Notes: generated by a model from the sequence alone, not told the origin. 64,000 bases of DNA from Amoebidium appalachense (GCA_963693365.1 CAVNZM010000011.1:868001-932000), one strand, 5' to 3'. Shown: positions 23,602-38,096, counted from the stretch's first letter. Made by a program: numbers and translations.

Positions 23602-26062
23602 TCAAATCACCTCTGGATCCGAGAAAACCGGCCATTCCCCACTCCGTGTGTGTGCACACACGTGCTTGCGCATGTGGTCCTCACGCTTGAACGTAGCCTC
23701 ACACCCAGGATAATCACACTTGTAGGGCCTGGAATCACTGTGCACACTGGCCATGTGGCGGCTTAAATGGTACCACGACGCAAAGGTCGCATTGCAGCCA
23801 GCATGCGGGCACACACACCGACCCTCTTCGAAATCCTCGTCCGTGCGATCTTTGGTCTGGTAGGTCGCTGTCATTCTTCCTACGGGCACACCGGGGTCGG
23901 GAAAAGTGCCGCTGTTCTTGTGTGTAGCCTGACACCCCTGCTCCCATGGAAGAGGGACTTTGTCCTGGTCTCTGTGAATGTTGTCTGCGTGGCGCTGCAA
24001 ATTGAAGCGATAGTGGGTACTGAAAGCGCAATCCGGATGGAGGCAGTGCATGGCCTCTGACTCATATCCCGGTGGTGTCTCTCCACCATGTTCGACTTCA
24101 CTCTCCTCCTCCCGATAACTACGCCGTTTTTTCAGAGGTCGCCCATGCCTGCTCACGGTGTTTGTCTCTGTGAATGCGTCAACTGTGTTCACCTCGGCCG
24201 AGTGGCGAGGTCGTCTTCGAACAGTTATCGGTATGTTCCCAGTTTGGGGTGTTGGTTTTGGAACCGGCAGAGGTTTGCTGTGTTTGCAGCCGAGGTGTAA
24301 TATCATGGTTTGCTTGGATGTGGTACCATATTGACACCCATCGTGCGGGCAGTAGTATGCGTAGTTTTCTGGGGCATACCAAGGATATTCCGAACCGGGC
24401 CGCACACGTTTCCTCTTACGCTTCCTGCCCACTGTTCCTTCGATATTTTCTGCCGGCCGACCGTCACCTTGCATGTTGCTCTGCAAATTGCCCACATGCA
24501 CATTGGTGGCCTCAAACCGCGAAACCCGCGCGCTGTCCGAATTCTGGGCCATAGGAGCCACATAGATACTCTGCGGGCGTTCGTGGGCATGTGTGGATTG
24601 GGCTGGTGTCAACGTGGTCTGCATGCGTGGCTGGGTGGCCTTGAGTGTGTCTTGTACCGGGCCCACGGGAACTGTGGTGGTTGTTGCACCGCATGACACC
24701 AATCCTTCCACCGCACACTGCAGCAAAAGATCTTAGAGGAGGGCCAATTACCATACACACACCATCCCTTGTATATACTGTGTGTTTGCGCATTGTACAT
24801 CTGTCTCTGCCTCTCCCCCCTCCCCCCCTCCCTTCTCCCGGACCACCCACAACAACCCCCCCCCCCCCCCCCCCCCCCTCTCTCTCCCCCCCTTTTCATC
24901 CTTCCCTCTCTCCCCCCTACCACCTCCCTCCCTGCCCCCCTCCCCCCCCCCCCCCTTCCCCCCCCCCCCCCCCCCCCCCCGCGCCCCCGGTCGTCCTCCA
25001 CCCCATCTCCCTCTTAGCTTGACATAACTTCTCTCTTGCCACCCCTCATAGATATCAGCCCCCCTCTACCCCGCCTCTCCCTTCCCCCAGGCTCACCTAC
25101 AAAAAATGTATCCGGTGTTTCCACATATCCTTTAAACTCTCCCTAAGGCTTGCGGCCACTTATTCGAATTCTAACACCCTGATTGGCCCTTCTTTAGCCG
25201 CCACCCCCCCCCCCCCTCCCCCCGCCCCCTCCCCCTCCCCCGTCTCCCCTCCCCATTTCCCCTTATGCCCCCCCCCCCTCCCCCCCCCCCAAACACACAA
25301 ACACACACACTTCTCTTATGACCTTCCCTGACCGTCCCCCACCTTAGGCTAAAGGTTTTCGCCAGTTCCGGGCCCCTCCTCTGTGTGAGGCACCACAAGC
25401 CTCGTTTTTTTTTAAAAAAAATAAAATAAAATTTAAAACAACATATTTTCAAAAATACCACGGGGGAGGGGGGGGGGGGGGAGAGGGAGGGGAGGAGGAG
25501 GGAGGAAGGAAGCGGCCAAAGGACAAGATTTTGTGCGCACCTGCAGCTCTGTCACCATGGCCCTCATCCCCTTTATCCCCCTCAGTATCTCCCAGTCCTC
25601 CTTGCACATCTTGGCCACACTGTGCAGGTGGCAGTACCCATCTTGTGTCAGCAGCAAGGCAAAGGCCTGCATCTTAGGCTTTGTCCACTCGTAGCCGTGC
25701 TGCGCCGCAGACAGACAGAGTGCATGCATAATCTACATGGAAGATGTATGTCAGAAAACCCTCGAAGGGAGAGTGGTTCCGCTTGACCTTTAAGAACCCC
25801 CCTCCCCCTTTCCCCTTTCCCCTCCCCCCAACCTAGTCCGGTCCCCGTCCTCCTACTGCTACCTTGCCCTTCATTCTCCCTCCACCGTTTTTGCTTTCAT
25901 CCCAGCTGAGGTTTCTCTTGTCAAAAATTTTCTGGTGATGTAGGTGAGAAGGATGGGCTGGGAACGGAGGGAACGGGAAGTGTGTGGTCCTGATGGTGTT
26001 GGTGGTGGAACGGGAAAGGTGGAAGGGGGAGGAAGGGGAGGAAGGGGGGGAGGAAGGGGAGG

Positions 26063-26098
<36 letters not shown>

Positions 26099-26330
26099 AA
26101 GGGGGAGATCTCCCAGGTTTACCCACTCCCATATCGGCCGTGTGCTTCAGGTGGCTCACTCCGTCTCTCTCCAACCGGTCCGGGTCCAAGTCACACTCGT
26201 CCAGGGCCAAATACGCCTCAATGTCGAGTGGACCCTCCACACGTATGCCCTTGCTTGCGGGCACATCTTGGTCTGACTCGTTATCGAGCACTACAACCAC
26301 TACCGGTCGTTTGGCGGTGTCTGTAGACAT
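23602..26330 (-). CDS. C2H2 zinc-finger protein A (4 fingers) with N-terminal SAM-like module, ~503 aa
   Basis: Exons 26330-26127, 25732-25541, 24717-23602, all phase 0 GT-AG. Four CX4C...HX3-4H fingers (CPHDGC, CLHPDC, CPHAGC, CDYPGC) and a basic NLS-like RKRKRKR. Confidence 0.85.
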
Positions 26331-27328
26331 GGTGTGTGCCTGCAGGAAATCGTGAGTTAGCCACCGGTGTATTCAGTGCAAAAGAAAAAAAATTCACACA
26401 AAGCCTTCTTGGGGTCCCCCAAAACTCATATGTCAGGATCCCCAAGAATTTTTGACCTTCTAGTAAAGGCAGAGTCAGGACAACCATAATTATTTTGCTA
26501 GCTGTGTTTTCAGCCTTCAGCAGTATGGCAATGACTGAGTTTGCTTGTATGCATTCTGTAGTTGCGTTTTCCTGTGTGTCCTGCCACAACTAGGCCACCT
26601 TATCAAAGAGTTAGAGAAACTGCGGGTTTTCTAGGGGACGGGCCCGTGGGGATTGTTTTCTCGCTGGTCTGCATTGCTCTTTTTAGGGCTGACTTGCTTG
26701 CTGTGCCCCGGTAGGTTTTGAGGGGGGCCTGTTGGGGGGCAGCAGTAATGATGTCTTCTTGCGGAGTGTGGCCTGGTCATCATCGCTGCATATGACTAGT
26801 TGGAGCAAACTAGTTTCACGCATACACGTGCACTTGTACCTTTGCCCACTGGTGTCCTTTGGTCACTTGTTGTTTTATTTTTTATTTCATCGCTGTGGTT
26901 CTTTCGAAGTCGGTTATTTTGGTGGTCATGTAGCCTGTGGTTGCACGTTGCCTTCAAATCCACTGGACCACTGATCAATAAATCCCAGTCAAGAGATTTT
27001 TTTTTTTTTTTTGCTAGAGTAGAGAAATTCCCTTATTAAAACTGACTCTTGTGTACACCCACAAAGGCTTTCTGGATATTCTGGTATTAAGGCTCTGTTA
27101 GGACAGTCCACGATCTGAAGAAGTTTTTGGGGACTAGGCACAACGTATTCCTATTGGATAAAATGGAAAAAGTTACCATAAATAGAAAACAAGCACTTAA
27201 TTTCGATTTGCTGCGCAAATCTCATGGATCAGCCTCTAGCGGGCACAATTGAAAGAGAGAAAGAAAAGAAAAGAAAGAACGAAAAAAACCTGAGGGAAAC
27301 GGACCAATGTGCACGTACGCAAACGTCG

Positions 27329-27331
<3 letters not shown>

Positions 27332-27382
<51 letters not shown>

Positions 27383-27554
27383 GGAGAGGGAGAGGGAGAG
27401 GGAGAGGGAGAGGGAGAGGGAGAGGGAGAGGGAGAGGGAGAGGGAGAGGGAGAGGGAGAGGGAGAGGGAGAGGGAGAGGGAGGGGGAGGGGGAGGGGGAG
27501 GGGGAGGGGGAGAGGGAGAGGGAGAGGGAGAGGGAGAGGGAGAGGGAGAGAGAG

Positions 27555-27613
<59 letters not shown>

Positions 27614-27632
27614 TGTGTGTGTGTGTGTGTGT
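27332..27632. repeat. Compound microsatellite (GA)n-(GGGAGA)n-(GA)n-(GT)n
   Basis: Seen directly; representative of many simple repeats in the window. Confidence 0.95.
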
Positions 27633-27844
27633 GGAAGGTGCGTGTGTGTGTGTGTGCGTGTGCGTGTGTCTGTGTGTGTGTGTGCGTGCGTGCGTGAGTA
27701 TCTGTGTACGCTCGGGGGCCTGAAAAAAAGAAAAGAAAAGTTCCCCTTCTCCCTTCCGACAGACACACATACACACACATACATGCATAGACACGCACAT
27801 ATGCAGACACGCACAGGCACACACAGAGATGGACACACACCGTG

Positions 27845-28560
27845 GCACGGTTGTATGTGTATCATTATTACGGCCAACAAATGTAGTTCGACACACTTCT
27901 CTACCTTCGTCTAAATAAACAATTAAACGCCTACCCGTCAACAATGCAATCAATTCCATGAATCCTCCATTGTTACCCTCTACATCTATACTTAAACACC
28001 TCCATGGTATAGCTATATAGTTCTGAATATAGCGCACGTATGCATCCTCACTTGCACACCAACATCGCACAATATTCAAGATGTTATTTTTAGCTGTTAA
28101 TTGCTCCCTCACTTGGCGTATTTCACCTATAACATCATGCGGTAAACCATTAGTCGAAATATTAACCAGTTCCTCAGCTCCCAAACGCATATATGGCATA
28201 TTCCCAAATTGCTCAATAATGTCGTCAATACGACGTACAAGACCATCAATTTGTTGTTCTATCTGAATATACCTATACCGCAAAGCATTGATGTATGGAC
28301 CCAAATCCCCCACTTCACCGTTTATAAATCATATACCACAAATTTCCTCAACAACCGTTTCTCTTGCTTCACGAAGCTGTTTTGCTTGCATAAGCATGTC
28401 TACTGCTCCTTCCCTGCTAACCCCCAAAACGTTAAAAACACATTCGAAATTCTGTCCTGAAACATCATGACGATAAGAAAGACGTCCATCATCTAGTCTA
28501 ACAATCCTAGGCCCAGAAATTTCGCTCTTTCGAATACAATAATTAGTGGTATCCACACCA
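27845..28560 (-). pseudogene. Degraded intronless ORF resembling an OTU-like cysteine protease domain, in an AT-richer island
   Basis: RHDVSGQNFECVFNVLGVSR...EEICGI*FINGEVGDLGPY...YVRYIQNYIAIPW...GGFMELIALLTGRRLIVY. The two listed ORFs are in the same frame, separated by one TGA at 28331-28329. OTU similarity is by eye only. Confidence 0.4.
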
Positions 28561-29364
28561 CCTGCACACCACCTTTTGTTTACATATACCCCTTCACCGT
28601 GACCCCTTTTCACTTTTTGGTGTCTTAGCTGCCAATAACAAACCCACGCGCAAAAACATTTTCTACCACAGCCAGCCACGCTTGTTTCATCCTTTGCTGC
28701 CCTACAACCTATCACCGAAAAATCCTTAGCAGCATAACAACATTTTAAATGTGCCTTGGGGGCTATACGACGCCGTAAAAACTTTCGCAAACACACAATG
28801 CTCCTTTGACCACAACATACATCTCCTCTTTGAAATTCGCCAACGCAAGTACGCAACTGCCCGAGAGCGTTCATTATTCGTCGCACGACAAGGTAAACTT
28901 CACCCAAAATACTCAATATACTTACCACGGCAACATTACCCGGTACCAAAAAATAAATAAGTGCTACGCAAATGTATACAATACACAAAATACATCGATA
29001 ACCATCCACGCCGTTTCTTCTCATCCTTCGATTCCAATTCTCTCCAATGAGCACTACACTCCATACCCCTTCGCATCCCTTTCACTCGTAACAAAATTGC
29101 AGCATTTCCCAACAACACCGTAAAACAACACCATCAACACAATAACATATAGTACCCATGCAACAACATCCTCCCGCTTCGTCAACACCTCCTTTCCAAG
29201 CTCAAGAAACACATCAAACATCATCTTCGTTTTTCACTCTCTCGATCATTCAACGTTCAGATAGAAGTTCACTTGAGCTCTGTAAAATTGAAACCGGCTG
29301 CGCACTACTCATCTCTGATACAGTGCGGCCTCCATCCAGCAAATTCCATCAGGAAAAAATAGAC

Positions 29365-29935
29365 TAAGCCTATGTAAAAAAATCCCGCATCTCCACAGGA
29401 TATTTAGGGGTCCTCGGGATATGGGATATATCCGGATATTTAGGCTGTTTTGGGATAGTTCCAAATGATATTTAGGGAGGGGCGGGATTTCCAATCTATC
29501 CACAGGGGGTGGATATATCCCGGTCCAGCGCTCAGGATAGATTTAGGTATCCCGTGGGTTTAGGGATATATTATATATGTTTGTGGCCAGGGATATCACA
29601 GCAAATAGGCTAAGATCAAGGTTGTGAACGAGAGCAAAGTCAGGCTGATAAAAAGTCATGTATATGTAGTAGAAGATAAGTAGTCGACGTGAGCAAGGAT
29701 AAAATTTCATTGTGGTGGCAAGACCGTCCCGTGCCTTGAGTCCCCCCCCCCCCCCCCCCCCCCCAGCCTTTGTTATCCCCCCCCCCCCCCCCCCCCCCTT
29801 CCGGCCCCCCCCCCCACCCCCCGCCCTCAATCGAGGCCGGGGCCGGCCACACGTTGCACTGCAGACTTGTCACGACTCACACGTACGTAATGGTGCATAT
29901 GATCCATATGCATATCCTTTTTATGCATGCATGCA

Positions 29936-29969
<34 letters not shown>

Positions 29970-30018
29970 ACCCACCCACCCACCCACCCACACACACACA
30001 CAGACACACACACACACA

Positions 30019-30096
<78 letters not shown>

Positions 30097-30374
30097 TGAT
30101 ACTTAGGCCTGAGTCTTCGAAATATTATGGATACCTGCCCGCCGGGCTAAGTTTAGCACCGGATATTAGCCCGGATATTTAGGCTTCAGCGAGAGAAAAA
30201 TGATATTTCTCGGGATAGATAGGGGCCCAAGGGATAGATGAACTTGATATTTAGGTCCATTTTTCGGGATTTTCCGGGATATGATCTATGATATTTAGGT
30301 AGGTTTTGTGATAGATCGGGAGAAAAGCAATATGATATTTAGGTAGTTTTTTGGGATAGATTTACATAGGCTTA
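29365..30374. mobile_element. Non-autonomous TIR DNA transposon (hAT-like MITE)
   Basis: 14-bp TIR TAAGCCTATGTAAA ... TTTACATAGGCTTA. Seven exact GATATTTAGG subterminal motifs. No coding capacity. The 8-bp flanks AAATAGAC and GTCAAGAC match only in their last 4 nt. Confidence 0.8.
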
Positions 30375-30551
30375 GTCAAGACAGAAACGTTCTCCCCGCA
30401 AACGCCAAGATCCATCCAGCAAAATCCACCAGCTCAATCCGTACCATCCAATTGGAGTCAAGTTAGATGGAAACGTTCTCCAATCCGAAAGCGCAAAACT
30501 CCACCATATATAGGCAAAAAGCACAGAGAAAAAACATAGAGCAGTTTTGCC

Positions 30552-30892
30552 CAGGGTTCGAAGGATGGTGGAGCCCATTAACGGAAGTCGAAATCCCGTT
30601 TCGGAAAACCTCTTCGAAAATCGGAATGCTCCGTCGGAGCAGGCCCACCAAAATTCGTAATCATCGCGCATCAGTAAACTAGGGCATGCTTATTTGTGCC
30701 TATATTGCATCAAAATGTAATTATAATGCATACTCAAAAACCCCTGTGGTTATTAGAGCCTTCCTGGTGTTGGCACTTGAAGCTTTGAAGGAATAAAAGG
30801 GAAATATGAAGTGCATTACATAATGCACAACATATATATACATTTTGTCTCCGTATTTAAAAATTCTGGGGGGAGGGGAGGGGAGGGAGGGA

Positions 30893-30933
<41 letters not shown>

Positions 30934-30982
30934 GGAGTGAGTTGAGGCAGCAACATGGGAAGCTCAGGCAGAAATCGAATGT

Positions 30983-31015
<33 letters not shown>

Positions 31016-31552
31016 GAAAGAAAATCAGGTCGGGTGGTTGTGTCTGTGTTTGTGTGTGTGTGAGTATTTTTCTTTGCAATTGTGTGTGTGTGTGTGTGGT
31101 TGTGGGTATGTATGCACGGTGTGTGTGTCTGTGTGTATGTGTACAGGTGTGGGTGTGTGTATTTGTGTCAGCGGTAATCGGTGTGTGTGTGTCTATGTTG
31201 TGTGCATGTGTGCACATGTGCACGTGTGTGTGTGTGTGTGTGTGTGTGTTTGTGGGTGTGTGTGTGCATGACATTGTGTGTATGTGTGTGTGTGTTTTGT
31301 GTCAACGGTTATGGTGTGTGTGTATGTATGTACAGTGTGTGTATGTATGTGTGACACGTGTGTGCAGTGTGGTGTGTATGTATGCAGGGTGTGTACATGT
31401 GTGTCTGTGTATGTGTGTGTGTACATGCCAGTGTGGGTGTGTGTGTTTGTACCAACGGTTTCTTGTGTGCGTGTGTGTGTTTGTGTGTGTGTGTGTGTGT
31501 GCCACGGGGTGTGTGTGCGTGCGCCGTGTACATGGTGTGTGTGTGCAGTGTA

Positions 31553-31588
<36 letters not shown>

Positions 31589-32275
31589 CTGTGTGTGTTT
31601 GTGTGGGTGGGTGGGTGGGTGGGTGCATAGCATGTGATTGTACAGGGTGGATGCATGTGCACGTTTGTAATACAGTTATCATGATCTGAGATAGTATGTG
31701 CCTGTGCACGTGTACTAGCCTAGGTCACATGATTGTGTGGTGTCAAGGCTGTGAATGTATGTGGATGTGTGTCTTTGAACGGAACACAGTGGTGCACAGT
31801 GTGTGCACGTGTATCGCTAGCTGCCATTGAAGACGCGTGCCACTGATCGTGATACACGTGGCACCTGCACCTGGTGGCCGTCGACTCTGAGCATCTAGAT
31901 CCATTCCATGTTTAGGCCTTCCTGGGGGGGAATGGGGGGGGGGGGGGGGGGGGAGGGGAGTACTAGTGGGGGGGGGGGGGGGGGGGGGAGGGGGGATCCG
32001 CCTGAGGGGGGGGGGGAGGGGGGGGGGAGGGGTGAGGCCGGAGCGGCGGTGGGGGAGAAGGAGGGGCAGCACTGGTGGAGGAAACGGTGGGCAGCGGAGG
32101 AGGGGGGAATGGGGTTCGATTTCTGGGGGGGGGGGAAGTTTTGAAGTGGAGGCCGGCCTATATATACATGCGCAGGCATGTGCATTGTATATTCATGTGG
32201 CCATGCATCCATGGCTATGATGCATATGTGGTGTCACGGCTGTGTGTGTGTGAATTTGTGTGTGTGTGTCTGTGT

Positions 32276-32312
<37 letters not shown>

Positions 32313-32503
32313 GGTGTGTGCATAAATGTGTTTGGTGTGACAACATGTACATGTGCTAGGCTGGCGCTGTAGTCAGGGTCTGCCACTGAACATTCTACAG
32401 GGACCTGCAGGAAGACACGTACGTACGTGTGCAGCTTGTGTGGGTGGTGTATGCCCCGTGTATGATGAGACCTGAGAAGTCATGAGAAGCTTCCCCCCGG
32501 GGG

Positions 32504-32589
<86 letters not shown>

Positions 32590-32682
32590 CTCTCGAACGT
32601 TCCGATTTGGCCGGGCCGATTTTCGGAACTGTGTCTTCAAATATCGGAAATTCCGATTTTTTTTTCGTAACTTCGAACCCTG
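30552..32682. mobile_element. Second non-autonomous TIR element (hAT-like ends)
   Basis: 12-bp TIR CAGGGTTCGAAG ... CTTCGAACCCTG, TCGGAA/TTCCGA subterminal motifs at both ends, interior of degenerate (GT)n and poly-G. No clean TSD. Confidence 0.6.
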
Positions 32683-32757
32683 GAAACTTTTGCCCGTCCA
32701 GGAACAAATCCAGGAACCCTCTAGCTCCGCTAGCTACCACCTACTGAGGCGGTGTCT

Positions 32758-32793
<36 letters not shown>

Positions 32794-33639
32794 TAGAGTA
32801 AATGTATAACGTTGCACGTGCGGCAACACGTCAGTACGTGTTAGCTCCGCTAGAGGCTGATAGTAAACAAATCGCGCCACAACGTCTGCGTCAGCAACCC
32901 TCCGTCCTCCCAGTTTTCACGACGCGATGACTGGCTGAGAATGACAGGGGTGAGGGCTAAGCGCCAGGGAAAACAACCCGGGTTCTACCAACACAGTCAA
33001 CAAAGGCTCAGTGCGCCCCCTCTCCCCTCTCTCCCCCCTCCCCCGCCCCTCCCCCAGCCCTCCTCCTCCTCCTCCCCCCTTCCTCCCGCCCCCTCTCCAC
33101 CTTTAGTGGTCGACTCCATCCTCTCCTTCTTCTTCCACATCCTCGCCCTCACGTTTACTAAACGCACCCTTCCCCCGTTCTCCACCCCCCACCCCCTCCC
33201 CCCATCAACCCACTCCCCGCCTACTTCAAGTGATAAAAACAATTTTGCCGAGATTCACTGATGTTTAGGATCTTGTGGGGTGCACTATCACAGCACACAT
33301 TTGTGTTACCGCTCTGACGTGCGATGGAGAACTTGTCCGACGTCGCTTTTGCGCAACCTCTTCTCATTTTTTCTCTTCTCGGCTCCTTGATACTCTATTT
33401 ATTACGTGCCACCATCACCCCATCACTACATCCTTGCCGTGTGCACACGCAAAATACGCCCGGAAGACCTTAGACCATCCATCCTCTCCTGTCAGGCTCG
33501 AACAACCTCGGGCTCTTGTTAAGTCTCCTCTTTTTCAACTCTCTATCCAACAGCTCACTATACATGTTTTTCTATTTGTCCCATAATGCACTAACACCAT
33601 GTTCCTCAGGGCCTTTGTGTCTCCAGGCTAGCCAGCACC

Positions 33640-33991
33640 ATGGAGTCCACTCTGTCCTCCGACCAACCACCAGATCTCTCCGCACTGTTTCACAATCCAA
33701 CAACTGACAAGGCTACCCTGCGTGCATATGCTACACACAGAGACCTGGGAAAAGTCGTGTGCACTCCTGATATGGGGGTACGTGGGGTGTGAGTGCCTGA
33801 AGCATGGGTGACCATAGAAGTAACGAGCTTAGGAAAGGGTTGAAAGGGAGAGGGGAAAGGGGCGAGGGAGGGAGGGGGGGGAAGGGGGGGGGGAAGGCAG
33901 TGGCAGTTGGGTAAGTCGGTAGTTGGGTGCTAAGAGGGGCAGGGGTTGGGTCTGTGGTAGAGGTGGTGTGGTGGTGAGGGCAGTGTGTGTG

Positions 33992-34038
<47 letters not shown>

Positions 34039-34924
34039 TGCGGGGGGAGGGGGGGGGGGGAGGGAGGGAGGGGATATGATGAAGGTGACACTGAGGCAGT
34101 GAACATATTTACATTGTGGCGGAGGAGCAGCAGTGCATATGAGGTTTGTGCATATCTTTTATGTTGTGAATAATTGTGGCTGTGAAGGCTACTAGGCTGA
34201 ATGCTGACTTACTCTGGTTCTTTGCCCGTTATTGGTGGACTTGCTCGGGCTTTGCGCTTCCTTGCGGTAAAAATTGTGAAAAAAACGGTATTCGGATCTT
34301 CTATAAATCAAGTATGGTGCCAAGAATTACCTGCTACTTCACAGATCTTGGCGTCGCTGCTCGTTCTCAATGCCAGAGAGAGGATGGGTTGGTCTGTGCC
34401 CGTAATGGAGGCGTGCGCACAGTACTTTGTGGATGAGGATTTCCGTAAGTTGAGGCTACTAGCAAGGATGGTTGACGCTGATTTTCGAACCCTGCGCCGT
34501 ACCAGCGCCCAGTACGGTTTCCCTGCCGTAATGGTCACATATTTGCAGGTAGGTGTTGTGTGTGTGTGGCCCGCGCGTGCGCGCGCCTGTGTGGTTGCAC
34601 GTGTGTGTTGTGTGTGTGTGTGTGTGTGTGTGTGCACATGTGTGTGCGTGCGCGTGCGTGTGTGTGTGTCCCAGCGTTGGATTTGGAGGATAGCCGTGTT
34701 TATGCCCACACCCTTCTCCCCCCCCCTCCCCCCCGCGCCCCCCTTCCCCTTCACGTGCTGCCCACCCTTCCTCCAGCCCAAACCAAACCATACCCGTGCT
34801 TTTTTCTTCTTTTCGATCATCAGAGTTTTCTCGCATGGGTCAGTTTGATTGTTGTATCATCTCCCAACAACTTCATTTTCGAATCATCTTGTTCTGCCCG
34901 GGATAGGAAGGAGCTCGGTGTCTA

Positions 34925-34976
<52 letters not shown>

Positions 34977-35605
34977 GAGTGTCTAGAGTTTTGCAGTGTC
35001 AGTGGGTACTGTGTGTAGCATCTTGACACGTGAGCTGACAGACATGAGTCCCACACGGACGTTTTTGGTGTGCTTGGAGTGGCACATTTGCGTAGTTTAC
35101 CCAACTTCCCACCACCTCTTTTTTACAAACTCTCATTCACCCCCGTGTGCAACTCAAGTTTTTTCAAGATTTAAACACAGTTCCTAATTTAACCGAGAAT
35201 AACTCCCAACAGCGTCTACTTGAGTCTCTTGGCCTTCTGCCCCCACAGCCTTCCATCTTGGATCCACAAATTCCAGAGGCCAGCAATGGTTACCCCCACT
35301 ATGCCTCAACTTTTTCAGGTAAAATCCCCACATAACATGAAACTTCGCCGCAAAACTTACTACTGTCAGCACATGTGTGCACGTGATCTAATTTACTTAC
35401 CAACTGCTTGCTTGGCTACACTCTCAACAATCAATGTATATGACGGTGCACACGGCATATGTAGAGCCTGGTTAGAGGGAGACCAAATACAGGCAGGTAG
35501 GATGTGATGACTTGATACACGGCTTTTGCGTGTGCGTGTGGGGGTGTGTGGGGGGTTGGGTGTGGGTGTGTTTGTGGGTGTTTTTGTGGGGGTACACGTG
35601 TGCAT

Positions 35606-35681
<76 letters not shown>

Positions 35682-36541
35682 GTGTGTGCGCACGCACACG
35701 CACACGCACACACACACATGCGCGCACGCACACACACACACACACACACATACACACCAACCCCCCCCCCCCCCCCCCCCCATCCCCCCACCCAAAACCC
35801 CCCAAACTACCAATGCCTGCCCCCATGCCACCGGCCTTCCCGGCCTTCCTCCCTTGCCCCTACACTTTGTTCCTTTAGCAACCTTTCTTCTTATAAAGGG
35901 GACGCTAAACCCTTCAACATGCCCATTGAATATCCACCTACACAGCCTATGCACCGCCCTCAGCACCAAAATATCCATCGGCACCCCCAACAATTTCAAA
36001 GGAACCCTCCACTCAGCCACCCCAACCACGTCCACCTGTTATCCCCCCAGTCCCCATCCCCCTGCCCACGGAAGGACCAGTCACGCAACAGCAGACACAC
36101 ACCCACCAGAACAGACCGAGGGATGACCAGGAAACTACACTCGCTGAAATGATCAAGAGCGAAATTGCGGATCCCCACCCGGCCCCAGCTGCACCCTCAC
36201 AAACCGTCATAAATCCCCCTGCGCAATTCGTAAACTCAAACCCCGAACAACCAACGCCCGAGGGAGGGCACATCGTCCGATCACAAGCAGTGCCCGCGCC
36301 CCACGCACCCACAGACATTGGTAGACTGTGTTATACGTGCAGAGACCAGAGCACACACAACAGTCATTTTGGGGATGGTGTGGGTGGGGTGGATTCGGGC
36401 AATGAGGCCCACACAGAGCCAGAGCGGTGTGTGGTGGGGGTTGGGAAGAACGAGGACACAGATGCAAGTGGAACCAAAATGGAGCACACCAATGGTGACG
36501 GGCAGCCGACTGAACAGGTGTGTCCGGGACGCCATCTACCC

Positions 36542-36582
<41 letters not shown>

Positions 36583-36874
36583 ACCACCACCACCACCCCC
36601 GTCCCCCCCGCTTTCCCCCCCGTTCCCTAAAGCTTCCACCATAAATATGCTACACACAACACACACACACACACACACACACACACCTGCTCGGGACCAA
36701 AAATACACCTGCACTTGTGAAATGAGCATGCACGGATTCAAAGGATATGGTGTCCAAAGGGCCGGTGGGGATATGGTGTACAGTTGTATGCGCGTGCTTA
36801 CGCACGGGTGGCCGTTTCTGTTGTTGGGTTTGTGTGTGGAGGGAATGAAAATAGATGGTATGTGAAGATGAAAA

Positions 36875-36906
<32 letters not shown>

Positions 36907-38096
36907 GGAGTAAATACTCCAACAAGCACGCCGTAGAATAAAGGGCTTTCCTGGCTTTCCCATGGACTAATGGTCCTTGTTGTATGGTGGGATGGGTCGA
37001 CGGGGGGGAGGGCCGTGAGGGGGGGGGGGGGGGGGGGGGGGTATATGGTACCTGAGAAAAAAATATATACCTAGGTCATGTGCATGGTTCTGTGCATGTT
37101 GTTATGAGCAGAATATGCACAGGCTACTGGTAGTGTTGGTGCTGACTCTATATGCTCTGTGTGGCCCAGAAGTCCACCCATGAGCCTGCAGTCCAGTCTC
37201 CCCCCATCCGCCAAGCTCCCCGAACCCCGGTACCCCCTGGCACACCCCAACCCCCCGCACCCACCAACAGACCTGCCGCCGTTCAACCTCTGCAGTCTAC
37301 AGCGGGCGAATCTACAACCAATACAGGTGAGTGGGTGGGTTTGTCATTCGGATATCTGATCGGTACACATAGCTTTTTGCTCATACCTGTGGGGCATAGA
37401 TGTGTTAAAAGTGCAATCAACGATTGTGCATGTGTCTGTGTTTCGTGATGGGCCTATTACTTGAGATTGCCTTTGTGTGTTTGCACTCGTGCGTGTGTAC
37501 GTGTGCTAAAGTTTGGCATGGACATTCGTATACAAAACCTACTTGGCATGGCCAATCCCCCCCCCCCCCCCCCCCCCCCCCCTCCCTCCTCTGCGCAAGT
37601 TTTGAATGGGGGGGGCGAGAGGGGGGAGGGAGGGGGGGAGAGGAAGAAGATTAGCACACAGCACCTAAAAGCACAAGCACACCCTGGCAACACCACCACC
37701 AGTCTATGACACCTACACATAGCCACCCTCACCACCACTCTTCCTCCTTGAATCACTCACCTCCCCTGTCCCTGTACATAAACACGGACAGGAAACACCA
37801 TTGAGTCCGTTTGACATTCCTCCCCCCTTCCCCCCCTCCCCCTCCCCCCCCCTCCCCCCCCCCCCCCCTCCCCCTCCCCCCGGTGGGCTCCTGTCACTAC
37901 CAGCCCATGCCGCTCACCCCAGCATGCATGCACACAGACTGACTTACTCGGATATAGCTATGCTATGCCTCCACTCGTGATAATCCCCCCCCCCCCCTCC
38001 CCCCCCCCCCCCTCCCCCCGCATCTCCTCCCCTACACGCACAAAAGTCGCCCTCACCAGGAAAATCGCCACTTCCATACCCTTCCTCCTCCTCCCC

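Noticed and set aside
28329-28331. In-frame TGA as selenocysteine or alternative genetic code
   Set aside because: Zinc-finger gene A in this window ends at TGA, no SECIS was recognised, and the surrounding ORF looks degraded.
29399-30344. TTTAGG motifs as telomeric repeats or a CRISPR-like array
   Set aside because: Irregularly spaced 10-bp motifs inside a TIR-bounded element; better explained as subterminal repeats.
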